Assembly: GCF_000143415.4 (NCBI RefSeq)
Contig: NW_003314313.1
Span: 709,430-773,429, forward strand
Length of the DNA stretch: 64,000 nt
DNA from: Selaginella moellendorffii
Lineage: Eukaryota > Plantae > Lycopodiophyta
Reading direction: 5' to 3'
The stretch's first letter is position 1. Each line of letters begins with the position of its first letter. The position numbers and the translations under genes are program-made. Positions 22,201 through 34,851 of this stretch are shown piece after piece. The notes beneath the pieces were generated by a model. It was given only the letters and a program-made list of their open reading frames with translations. It searched no databases and had not been told where the DNA came from.

Positions 22201-22734
22201 ATGTGTGCTTCAGCCAGGCCGACGTCTTTTCTGGATCAAACATCCAAAATGTGGATTGTGTCGTCTGATCCTCCTCCTCCACCCATCCCGCGGCACATTT
22301 CACAGGACGCAGGCTGCGGCCCTGCAGACGGATTGATTAAACTCACCAAAGCGCTCTGGTTAAACCCTAGAACCCTAACAGGGTTTAGAACTACGGTTTA
22401 GCTCAGCGCCTTAAACTTGTTTAAACAGGTTTAGGGCTTAGGTTAAATCCACCTCGGCGAAGAATATACCTTCGATTTTATCAACTCTTGTAAACAAACT
22501 TAGCGACTAAGTAATTTGGATTTGTTCCCTTTTTCATTCGATCATATAGTAGGGGTCGGCAAGAAGAAACGAAGCATGGGATCTAGAGAGTGGATCATCC
22601 AGGGGGTGGTGGATTGCAAGTTGGAAAAGAAGGTAGGCGAAATGAAGATAAATCTGGTGGCAGAAGAAGCAGGAGAGATGAAGACCGATCTGGGGATTGG
22701 CGCAGAGGCGGAAGCAGGCGAGATTGTAGAAGCA

Positions 22735-22960
22735 GAAACGGCGAGGAGAAGAGAGACAGGAAGAGGAGCAAGAGAAGAAGAAGAAATTACCTAGAAGAAG
22801 AAAAGAGGAGCACGAGAAGCAGAAGAAATGAGCAAGAAGAAGAAAAGAGAGAGAGGAAAGAAGGGGAGAGGAGCAAGAGAAGAAATGAAGAGGAGGAGAG
22901 GAGCAAGAGAAGAAGAAGAAATGAGCAAGAAGAAGAAAGGTGCAAAAAGAGAAGCAGAAA
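22735..22960 (+). repeat. Purine-rich degenerate tandem repeat (GAGGAGCAAGAGAAGAAGAAATGA-like units)
   Basis: Directly visible G/A-only strand with repeated units. Confidence 0.85.
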
Positions 22961-23012
22961 CGCAGTTGAGAGCATGAGGCATGTATTTTGGAAACGCAGA
23001 ACTAGTCATGAG

Positions 23013-24190
23013 ATGGAGGAAGGCGAGGGCCTCCCGCTCCCAATGGAGCTGGTGAGACGCATCCTGGCTGGAATACCCTTCCCTTACATTCCGCCCTTGC
23101 GCCGAGTGTGCAAACAGTGGAGGGTGGCCGTCGACGGACTTGGCAGGATGGAGGACGACAGCCCCGAGCAGGTCTGCATCTTCAGCACAATAAACGTCTG
23201 TGACGATGGTCAGTTTTGGTTTCCGGGGGTGAGGCCGAATGAACAAGGGCGGCATCTCAGTTTGAGGGGCTTCTTGCCTTCTGGTCATTCACCCGTAGCA
23301 TATAGCCGAGGCCTGCTGGTCCTGTGGCCGAGGGCAAGGATTATTGGTTTTCAGTCATGAACCCCATGACTGGCGCCTTGAAGCGGTTGCCCAAGACGGT
23401 GTCCCAGGAGAAGTTTTTGCTGTCCTACGACTTCTCCCACTCATTCGTGTTGGGCTCTCTGTCGGTGTCTCTTTGGGTGTCCGACGAGGATGGCAGTAAT
23501 TACCGGGTGTTTTTTCAGCCATCTGGAGGTTTATGAATCCCGTGCGCATACCTGGAGGGATGTGAAGATAGAGCCGCCGGAGCTTAAGAGAAGACACGGG
23601 GTGGTGGCTCAGGGTGACATGGACGTGATTTTTGCGCGCACCCTCCATGGCTTGCAATACGCCTCCTGTTGCGACTCAGTGAGGTTGGGCTAGGGGCTAC
23701 AGCCGGGCAAGGGACGCATGGGCGTTTTGGCATTTCAAGTCGTTGCGGAAGGAGGTTCGGATGATGCGGGATCGGTGTATGGCAGGCTGGACCCGTTCAT
23801 GTACCGGTCCAAGCTGATGGCAGCAGGCATTGTGATTGTGGGGAAACACGTTGGTGGTGTGGCCTTCGCAAGGCCTTGCTTCGCTCCAAAGTGGATGGTC
23901 ATCGTGGAGGCGGCCGATGAAGAAGCTGATGAGCAGCAGCTGGAGTGGACGATTGTGTCCAGCATCGATGTGAGAGGCTTGTGCAGGACGTGGAGCCCCA
24001 TCACCTGCTTCCTTGCAAACGGGCTAACAACATGCTCTTTCTCCACTTGTTGGACCGACCAGTAGCCTTCAATCTGGACACTCGTGCTTGGCATTTGCAC
24101 GTCCCTCGTTGGAACGTGAACCGAAAAGAGTCCGTATGGAACGTTGCCTACGTTCCCAGTTTAACTGCTACGCCTAACAACGACGGCTGA
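23013..24190 (+). pseudogene. F-box protein pseudogene (frameshifted); 44-bp tandem duplication at the 3' end (24154-24241)
   Basis: F-box motif LPMELVRRILAGIPFPYIPPLRRVCKQW, with the continuation split across several frames. Confidence 0.8.
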
Positions 24191-24464
24191 GTAGAGATCC
24201 CAGTTTAACTGCTACGCCTGACAACGACGGCTGAGTAGAGAGTTCGCGGCAAACTCCGACCGGCAGCGACAACCTCAATCTCAAGCTCTGCATCGTCAGT
24301 CACAGAATGTGAACTCGGGATCCAAGCTCGGGAAAACAACTACTAATTAATTCTATTAATTCAAAATGTGCATTTAAAAAAAGAAAATCTATTATTCCTG
24401 AAAATATAAAGAAGAGGAAGGGGGAAAAAATATTGAGGTTGAATGTGGTGTTGACGTCGCTGCG

Positions 24465-26060
24465 AAGAACCCTACGAAGAACCTGGCAGTGACCTGTGTC
24501 ACAGTATTTGAGGTCGACTATCCACGACATGTACTTGCTTGCTCCCGGAATGAGCTTCAAGAACGAGGCGTTACCCACCTGCCTAATAACACAAGACGAC
24601 ATACACAAGAACTTTCATGAATCCACCTGCGCGGTTTGTCTTTCCCAGTCGTCGCCTGCCCTCCATCACCTTCCGCCATTCTGAACAAGAACCCTAAAAA
24701 GTTAGACCCTGGAATCTCTCCACTGGGCGCCTAGAACCTAAACATTAAACAGAAATTCGGCCGCCGCGCAGCTCACGCCGCTTCCGCACTCTAAAAGACC
24801 ATGAACAAGTCATATTTTTGTCAGCCTAGTCGTCAAATCTCGTCAAGAAACATAGGCGATTAAAAGTTAAAGCACAAACTTAACTTCGAAGACCTTAATT
24901 TTTAGGCTGCAAATATACTGTAACGAAATTCATATCTTCTTCCATGGCATGGCAACAGACCACAATCTAACTTCCGCCAAACGTGCCTGAAAACCCTAAC
25001 CATGCTGCTGTAAAATTGAAAGTTGGAAGTAGCAAAGACCAGGATGTTCCCTTACCTCGCATTCAGCTCCCACCTCAACACCATAATGAAATGCCACATC
25101 CGTTCCCTGTATTCCGTAGTCACACCCCAAGTGAGGTTTTCAAGCTTCCACAACATAGAGCCGCTAGAATAAACAATGTGTTTGACACAGTTCATCCTGT
25201 CATATGTTTTCTGCCGCCCACCCTTCACAACCGTGAGCCCTACGAAGAACCTGGCAGTGACCTGTGTCACAGTATTTGGTGTCGAATATCCACAACATGG
25301 TATCTAGCCATGTGGATCGCGGGAGACCAACTCGTGAAAGAGGTTCAAGGCGTTACCGAACTGCCCAATAAAACGAGACGGAATACACAAGAGATTTCAT
25401 GAATCCACCTTGGCGGTTTTTCCTTCCCAATCGTCGCCTAAGTTAGACCCTGGAATCTCTCCGCTGGGCGCCTAGAAGCTAAACATTACAGTGCTGAGAA
25501 ACAGAAATCCGGCCGCCACGCAGCTCACGAACGCCTTCCGCTTCCGCACCCTAAAAGACTATGAACAATTCATATTCCGTTAGCATAATCGTCAAATCTC
25601 GTCAAGCCACGACATGGTACTTGCTGAGGTAGCTCACCGTATTATTTTCAGATTCTTGTTGGTCCCGGTTACTCGGCTGCCAGCCATGTGGCTCACGGGA
25701 GACCACCTCGTGAAAGAGGTTCAAGAACGAATCATTATTGACCTGCCCAATAGAACGAGACGAAATACACAAGAGATTTCATGAATCCACCCTGGCGGTT
25801 TCTCCTTCCCAATCGTCGCCTGCCCTCCATCGCCTTACGCCATTCTGAACAAGAATCATAAGAAGTTAGACCCTGGAATCTGCGCCTAGAAGCTAAACAT
25901 TACAGTGTTGAGAAACAGAAATCCGGCCGCCGTGCAGCTCACGGACGCCTTCCGCTTCCGCACCCTAAAGGACTATGAACAAGTCATATCAAATCTCGTC
26001 AAGCCATGTAGGCGATTTAAAGTTAAATGACAATCTAAACTTCGACGACCTGAATTTTTC
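24465..26060. repeat. Three diverged tandem copies of a ~400-bp unit (~24470-24900, ~25240-25620, ~25680-26055)
   Basis: Recurring blocks CATGAATCCACC, GTTAGACCCTGGAATC, CGGCCGCC..GCAGCTCACG and CAAATCTCGTCAAG. Confidence 0.85.
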
Positions 26061-29000
26061 AGGGTGCGAATCTAGTGCAGCGAAACTCATATCTTTGTCC
26101 ATAGCGCGCCGCCATAGCCGCCACTGTTTTTTCAAAAATTTGCATTTTTTTTCGTGGGCTTTGACAAAGGAATTTTTTCAGAAGAAATGACGAGGCATGG
26201 CGGAAGAATACGATACGAGTATATGGTAGAAAGTATAATGTCGAAAGCAATATGGGCTAAGAATACTCAAAAATCTCATTCCTGGTTCAAAAAATCCCTA
26301 AAGTTCCTGAGTCGAGAAGGAAGAGAAGCACAGAAGCGATGGATAGCGAATGAGGTAGGCTGAACTTGCAATGCAAGCACCCTAAAGCGACGTGGTTGTT
26401 GCTAGCAGATTCGCGGGCTCCTATTCCTCATCCAGAGGAGTAACTCGAAGCCTGCTTTGACTGCTTTCGCCACGCAAAAGGTTCGCTTAAGTCGTTTTCG
26501 CTTGGGTTAGTAGCTTAGAAATGGGGATCCTGATCCCTTGACACCGATAACAAAGGGGGAAATGCCGCTGACAACCAACTTCCAACAAGAACTTGTTCTA
26601 ACTCGTTTCTCGTTGACGGTGTAATCAGGAACCTCAGGGCATTCTCAGGGCGCTCGTTAGTAACCAGTTTTTTGCTTCAGGTAGGTAACAGGCATTTCCC
26701 ACTTGGGAGACGAGGAACCAGTTCACTACAAGTACTTCTGATCGACTTCGAAAACTTAAGTTCTCGCCATTTCTTCAGAGCTGCCTTTGCTGTTTGAAAA
26801 CATGTTCTTTGTCGTCTGTTGCATGAGAGAGCAATGGATCGATCGAAGAAACGCGAGAGCTAGTATCGTTGACGGAGGAGTGAGCCGCGATTGTCGAATC
26901 ATTGTACTAGTTCAATCAAGCATCTTGAATGCACTCTTGCTGCACCTCTAAGCCTCCGAGGACTTGGTCACAATAACTTGAGCGATGAGAACAGATATTG
27001 TGATTGGTTGTTGCATCTCTGAGTTCACATGCTGGTCAATAAGTTGGGGAATCGACCTGGGTTGGATGCAGGTCTACGGCTTCAACTATAAAGAACAACA
27101 GAAGACACGCTGACATCACATGAAACCTGCGACGACAGGAATTCCGCCATTTTTTAGATAAAAATTTGATTTCGATTTCTAACCTGATTAAGTTCTTGCA
27201 GAAAGATGGATACCGGACCACTCGATCTTGCGAAACAGTGGACGCCACAGCTGGTGGCAATAGGATACAGGGATAAATGTGTGCCGAATTCACTTGTGCA
27301 AGGGAAGCGATTGCTGCACGACAAGATCAGGAGAACTGAGAGGGAGTTGCTTGAGGAGTGGGAAGGCGCATCTACGGAAACCAGAACGGAGGAGCCGTTC
27401 CAATCTGGGATGCGTCTACCGTTTTCTGAAGAAGGATCACAGCGCGCTACTGTACTTCGCTCTAGTAGGGAGAGGCCACTGAAGCTTGCAACATTTTCGC
27501 ACGACTCGGTTTACTACAACACGGGGCTCGTTCAGCTTTGCAGCGGCAATCCTCTTGGCTGCTCGATCGTTTCAGAAAATGTTTCAGAGCAAGAAGCTGA
27601 TTGCGGTGCTGGTTGGACAGGGAAGATACAGGAGGCTAGTTCTTCCATCAGGTACGTTGAACTCCTCTTTGACAGGTGCTGCTGCGGTTGCAGAGAACGT
27701 CGAGCTTCCCTTTTTTGGGAATGGGAAATTGGGAAAGCTGGTCATGCTCTCGATAAGTCTGGCGAAGAAGTGCCTGCAAAACGCGCTGTATCTTCTCGAT
27801 TGCAGTGACAAAGCTGAGGAAGCCAGTGCTCAAGCCAAGGAGGGAGAAAAGCTCGCAAACAATGAATCTTGTGTTGTGCCTGGAAAATCTGATTCAAGCT
27901 CTGAATCACGTGCTTTGTTTGGTTAGGCACAAAACTTGTATAGGCATTTATCTATTTTTGTAGTATTATTATGACCATATATTAATATTAGCATAGTGGG
28001 ATTTTAATAACTGTTGGATTAGTTTTAATCGGGACCACTCACTCATATATATAAATTAGGGTTTTTAAGCTAATTAATATGCACATTTTTTGTATTTCTT
28101 TTCCATATTCCAAGCACTCACATTGGTGGAGATGAGGGGCACCTTTCCTTGTCCCTGAGGAGTGTTTGGATTTGGGATTTTGGTTTAGATTTAGCTTTTG
28201 CATTGTCTTGATTTAACTTTTTCCATTCCCTTTCTTTTGTTCTTCCCTCTCAGAATTCTGGTTTAGATTTAGCTTTTCCATTGTCTTTCTTTTTAGTTTT
28301 TTTTCATTTCCCTTTTTTTGCTCTTTCCTTTTCATTCATCTTTATGGTAGAGTAGTAGTTTCCTCCTCTGACTCTAGAGTAACAGTTAGTGCAATTGTTT
28401 GATACTATATGATTATAATTGAATAACCAAACTCAATTGATTGCGGCATTCACGGCACGTGGTATAGCTCCTCCTTCTCTTGGTGCCAATCCTCGCGTTC
28501 GGCCAGAGTTCTTTCATGGGAATCCTAGGGATGATGTGTACCATTAGTTTGATCACTTCACAGTGATTGCCACATATCATTTTTGGGATGATGCTCGACG
28601 TTTGCATGAATTTCCCACGTGTCTCCAAGGGACGGCATTATAGTGGTACAACGGTTTAAGTGCAGCCACTCGTAGGGATTAGAGTGTTCTCCCAAATGTC
28701 TTCAAATACACATTCGGGCATGTCGACGATTGTAATGATGCCTTCCAGCAATTGCATCTTCTTCGTCAAGAGCCATCTGAGTTGGTGATGCAATTTGGCA
28801 TTCGTTTCCGAAACTTCTTACTTCGTGCAAAGCCAAATATGTCAAAGTGGATCAAGTTAGGAATGTTGTGGCTAGCACTTCATCAAAATCTTGTCGGATT
28901 TATGCATGCACTTGCTCCTACCACCCTTGACGATGTAATTCACTTGGCACAATGCTATGAGATATCGCCTCTTCCACTTTTTGCTACCTGTCCTTTAGCT

Positions 29001-29277
29001 CCACTTCCTATGGGTGATGGTCCTGTTCCAATGGAAGTTGATGCTGCTGCTGCTTGAGTTCAAGGACAAGGACGAGGCCATGGTCGTGGCAGTGATGTTC
29101 ATTGTTGGGTGTGTGATGAAGTTGGTCATACTTATCAGTATTGTTTGCATTTTCCAGATTGGTGACCTCCATTTCCTAGGTGGAGACCTTGGTGTCAACA
29201 AGGTCTTGTTGGTGGTGCTACAGTGGAAGGTCTGGACACTGAGATGCATTTGGGAAATGAGGAGTTATGCGAGTAAT

Positions 29278-32200
29278 TGTAAGCAACTAATTTTTCCATT
29301 CTACTTTAGTCACTTAACCACACCTTCGACCACTTGGAGACCCTTCTCTAAGTCAATCCCACTACTCCTTCTCGAGTAGTTTCAATTTCTATCGATTGAA
29401 TATTTGCACCTTGGAACTTTTACTCCTTGACTTTTGGAAGTCAATTTCCTAGGTGTCTCCAACACCTTACATTGCACATATTGTGCAACTCCACTTCCCC
29501 CTCCTAGGAAGTTCTCTACTTGAGGGCACCGTCATCCTCTCTTCTATTTCGTGCCACCTGGGCACTAAGTTCCAGTTATCATACTTTGTGCTAGGGCTGT
29601 CCATGGCCCTATCATTTGGCTACCTTACCGCTCCCTCCCTTGGAGCTTCCCCATTCGCCAAATCGGAGCAATTCGGAATCCATCCTTGGAAACACACTTC
29701 CTTTCCCGCAATTTGTTAGCGTCCAACACTTTGCCACTTGGATTCCTTTCAAGGCCCTATCTTGGCCACTCATCTTTTGCTCCTATCCATTGATTGTTGC
29801 ACCAAGCAACACCGAATCTCTACCTCCCTTCTTGAGGTATTCTTTTGATTCCATAGCAAAGGCTCTACTTTGCCAAGACTAGGGTGTTCCCCCTAGTAAG
29901 TCTCTTTAGCATTTTCTGCTGTGGGCTCTATCCACGGCCCAACTTTGTAACCACCCCATGGGTCTCTTATAGAGACTACTTTCCTTGGACACACTATGCC
30001 ATCACAATGACATAGTTCATTTCCCTAAGGTGTTTTTCCCACTTGGTCACCTTGACCAAGCCACACCATCATCAATAGTTCAAATCAACACTTTGAACTA
30101 GGAACCTTATTCCTTAGCCCAAACAAAGACTTTGTCTTTGTTTAGCCATAAGATCACCTAGTGATCTCATCTTGACCCCTTAATAGGTCTATCAATAGGA
30201 ACTAGGTCTTCCAGACCCTTCTAAGTTGTTGACTATGACCCCGGGGGCATCCCCCACACTTGGCGGTGTGCCCAAGCTAGCCCTTTCGGCCAAGGATCTA
30301 TATCAACTGAGACTTGGGTGTCCCCATCTCATTTACCACGTCCTTGGTGCCCTTTGCACCAAAGTGTTCAAGTTAGATATGCCAAGCTTTCACTCTAAGC
30401 AATCTAACCGTGCATCACAACTCCGGGGCATCCCCCGCTTGGCGGTGTGCCCAAGCCAATCTCCTTATTGAGAGTCCATGACCACTGAAATATGAGTGTC
30501 TTCATATTCCAAACCATCACCACGCCCTAGTGATTTGGGACTCGAACCCAAGCACTAGAGGGTCGGGACTCGAACCCAACCTCTGTATATGCATCTACAG
30601 ACGGCATCACCCAAGATGCCTGGCGTGACCCTCCACGCCGGTGCACCAACTTCTACTCAAAGCGCGCTATAGATCACAGCTTAGGAACTTAGTTCTTCCA
30701 CATTGCCAAGTCCTCTCACTTGACACATCTGTGATTATGCATGGACTCCTCCATACTTGGCCCCATGGCCCACCCTTTTGAAGTTATCACCTTCAACTAG
30801 GGTATTTGTTCCCCCGACTTGCCAACCTCGCTTGGCAAGTCCTCCAACCAACGTAACATGGTTCCTGCATAAGCGTGAAAGTCCTTGACCATCGACTTTC
30901 ATTCAAAGCCCTCTCTTTGAACACTTGGGAACTACTTCCCTAACCTTGATAGCCTTGCCTCATGGCAAGCTTCAAGACCACGCTTCTGCTACGCCACTCT
31001 GGTTTCGCGCGTTCCATGAACCATTTACACTTGGCCTTTCTAGGTACTAAGCTACCTAGAATCATCTTTGGGAACCTTGCAGGAACTCTGTCCCTTAGTT
31101 GCTAAGGCCTCCCTTTTTGCAAGCTTTCTAATTACCATATAGTCTAACATGGACAGTTCCATATTTTAGACTCTCCATGGCATCACAGTTGCTAGCGACA
31201 ACACCCTTGAGCCCCCACTTGATTCTCCACTCTCAGCTGGCATAACCAACCTTAGTTATGCCCTTCGATCCCTATGGTTCAGTTCTATCCCCTTACTTCT
31301 TGCTTTTGGCTTCACACTTTTCCTTTGGTCATTCTCCTCCAGACCAGGAGGATAACTTTGCACTTTCTATCATGCCTTAGCAAGTATTCTTGGGGATGAA
31401 CCTACCCAATAGCCTAGGGAGTGGTTCCTCAATCCGGGTATGCTCACCTTATAATCCCACACACTGGGATTAACGTTGTTGCTTATGGGCCCTTACATGC
31501 CCACCACTAGCCTTGCCAAAATTCCATTTTTGGCTTTGTCCAATTCGGGTAGACAGTCTTCTCCCGTCTCCACCACCTTGGACATTTAGATAGCACCTTC
31601 TATCCATCATTCGCTAGGACTTAGTCCTTTGGGCCTTATCTATTGCCCTCGTGATATCAAACACCACCTCCAGGTGTTCTAGAGTGTTTGGGTGTCCCAA
31701 TGATGGCCCCTTTGACAATGAGCATTCTCTTTTTCGATATTGACTCACTATATCGCAACATAAGCAATTTATCCCTTATAAGGGTATATTTAACTTCCTT
31801 TTCCCAGAAGTCTTAGATAGCTACCTTCTACCAGTTTAACCAATTATTTAGCACCTTTTGCTTAGTTGCCTCATAGTTGTCAAGTCCTACAACTCATTGC
31901 TTGGTGCTTCCACACCTCCATCATTATTCTGGGCCACCACACTCTAACTGCATGCCTTCCAGCTTAGGCTATGCCATTCCCATTTCCGTTGGGATTCCCT
32001 TCGGCAAAGGATTCTTATGAACCCACCAACATAACCTCAAGGTATCACACCTTGGCACATTTGGTGTCTCCCCACTATTGGCTCCACGAGCCTACCTCTA
32101 TGACACTTCTTCTTTGTGTCTAAGTCTTTGCCAAGACCAATACCGCTCTTTCTCATGCCAACCATCCGTTAGCACTGCACCATAGAGGTCACACACAACT

Positions 32201-34851
32201 TTGTGTCAAAGTTGTTTTCTTTTTGGGAACACCTTTCCGACGGCTTTAGCATGGCACATTTTGCCATCGATGAAATACCCTCTGTTCTCATCCTTGGATC
32301 CTATGAACCCCCCATCCTTCGTGAAGTACCACACACCTCAGTCCAAATGCTTCCATCAGTCCTTAGGACCATTCCTTGACTCTACTTGAGTCATCCAATA
32401 GTTTTGAACTTGGGTAATCCACAGACCCGTAAGGTCCTACTTGTGGGGCACTAGCTCACTGGAATACACTTCTTGCATTCATGTCCTCACTCACAAGGAT
32501 TATTTTCACAAGTGTTACTCTGACACTTGATTTTGTTCTCTGGGGCAACCTTTGCCCCTTAGGACTACTTGTCCATGTGCTGAGAATACCAACTCATCTC
32601 TAAGTACACCCCCAAACTCCTTGGGTTGTTCCAGCATTTATTAGAGGTAGCCCCGTCTACCATTTTGAGGACTTATGTCCTCTTCTGTGTTTGACCTCCC
32701 ATGGTCATCAATTCCGGTCTCAAAGTTATGAGCACCAGCCTCAACTATATGAGGGTAATCTTGTGACTCCTTTATTGTTTTGGAGTCTGCATCTTTTCCA
32801 TGATCCCAACTATAGTTGTTTACCACAATTATATTACCCCGTTTTCTACGTCAAATGCTCATCTAGATCACATCCTCAACTCTCTAAGGAAACCCTTATA
32901 CTGTTCCCAAGATCCCAAAGTCATTCCCTTATTGGCCCTTTTCTATCCACCACCTTGCCTACAAGTTCACATGTGAACTATAGTGGAGAGCCATGTCTTC
33001 CTGACTTGCTACTCCTCAAGGACAAGCCCACTCCTAGGACTTTCCGATGCCAACACTAGTGGTGATATACTTCAGCACCAATAAAAGTCGGACTAAGGAA
33101 CAACTCCGATACCAAGTTGTAAGCGACTAATTTTTCCATTCTACTTTAATCACTTAACCACACCTTCGACCACTTGGAGGAGTCTCATTCACAACCTCCT
33201 CAAGTCCAATTCAGGACTTGGGACTTGCTAGCCTCGAGAATGACACCCATGCCACTCATCCCTTACACTTAGTCCAAGTGCTCCACATGTCCAGTCCCAA
33301 GACCAACACCCAAATGTACCACTGACATACCGGCCTATTACACTAAGGCCATGCCTATTCACCTTGCCAAACTAGTGGTCCAATACCACTTGCATCACAA
33401 ACCCGTCTCTCCAAGACGGGGCCATCCGACCACGAGTGGTCATCCCAGATCCACTCCTCAGCATCCTTAGGATACCCATAGATATGGGGAATAGCCTTCC
33501 CCAATATCCCTTCATTAGTTCCTACCAAGCCCCTTTTCTGTCCATGGCCATGTTCGCTAACACTGCCACTCGATCTAGGACCACAGGCCCGACCACTAAG
33601 TCCCATGGTCCTCCAGGACTTCTTCACCATGTGACTGTATCCTTAGTCACTACACTAGAGGACTACTCTTCCTCCTTTCCCCCATTTGGGACTCTAGGAC
33701 AACATTTCGGAACACCGTGGGCCTACGCGAGCCCTGTGGGTACTCTCCCCGCCTTCCGCTTTTAGGTGCTCTATCCATGGGATTAGAGCAAGGTTCCATT
33801 GAGCCACGCCTGGTATCCAAGTAGGTAGTGCCACCCGCACTTGGACTGGGAGCATCGGCCAGTCGATCTCCCGGGGGAACTAGAGCCGGCTCTTGAACAC
33901 TTCACCAAGCTACCCCGCTTGTCGGTCCGTATTCACTCTAGTCTTGGACTTCTCAGTGGTCAGTTCATCACCCAACACTGGGTCTGGCCTTCCTAGGCCA
34001 AACTGGCCTTTCCTGGCCAAACTGGCTCCACTGCAGTCCTCCCCCTTACTATACTTTTGGAGCTCACCAAACCCCCCAGGGTCTGGGAGACGAACGCTTT
34101 GGGCTTTCACCCTCTCAGACTTGAACTTGGACTCGGACTCGGACTCGGACTCGGACTCGGGCTTGGTCTCGGCCTCCGCCTCGGTCTCGGTCTCGGTCCC
34201 GGTCTCGGTCCTGGTCCCGGTCTCGGTCTCGGTCTCGATCTCGGTCCCAGTCTTAGTCTTGACCTCGGACTCCATCTCGGGTCCTTCTCGGACTCCATCT
34301 TGGATTCCATCTTGGGTCCATCTCGGACTCCATCTCAGACTCCACCTCGGACTCCATCTCGGACTCCATCTTGGTCCATCTCAGACTCCAACTCGGGTCC
34401 ATCTCGGACTCCACCTTGGACTCCATCTCGGACTCCGTCTCGGTCCATCTCGAACTCCACCTCGGACTCCACCTCGGACTCCATCTCGGACTCCACCTTG
34501 GACTCCATCTCGGACTCCGTTTTGGTCCATCTCAGACTCCATCTTGGACTCCACCTCGAACTCCAACTCGGACTCCACCTCAGACTCCAACTCGGGTCCA
34601 TCTCGGACTCCATCTCGGACACTTCCACGTGTCATGTGTTGGTCCTTTCGGGTCCCTTTTTGGAGCCTCGCTTATTGCTCGCTTCGTGTTTGTTCCTCGA
34701 GCACTTTGTTGGGAGTTCCACTCCCACTCTCGACCTTCCAAGTCAGAGCTTTTAGTCCAAACGTGTTACACTCGTTTGGCTTTTGCTTCGGCCACTACCA
34801 CATGGCACCCTTCCGGCTCCACTTTGGGGCCTAGGGATTTTGTTTCTCACA
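29278..34851 (-). mobile_element. Nested LTR retrotransposon in opposite orientation, with 5-bp TSD GTAAT
   Basis: GTAAT at 29273-29277 and 34852-34856, TG...CA ends. The first ~62 bp (29278) repeat at 33118. An iMet-like PBS (TGGTATCGGAG, minus strand) lies just left of 33118. The internal region is heavily decayed. Confidence 0.88.
34123..34620. repeat. Minisatellite of CTCGGA/CTCGGT hexamers and CTCCA(T/C)CTCGGA 12-mers inside the LTR of the nested element
   Basis: Directly visible; explains the repetitive ORFs at 33893-34877. Confidence 0.95.

Noticed and set aside
22590-23012. Arg/Glu-rich N-terminal extension of the F-box ORF
   Set aside because: Open only because the purine-rich repeat lacks stop codons; it starts at GTG.
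27206-27926. Two overlapping ORFs (200 and 146 aa) that might be a frameshifted gene
   Set aside because: No recognisable motif, so no product call can be supported.
30535-30582. Two GGGACTCGAACCCAA motifs (reverse-complement B-box-like)
   Set aside because: Short duplicated motif inside a decayed retroelement, with no tRNA structure around it.
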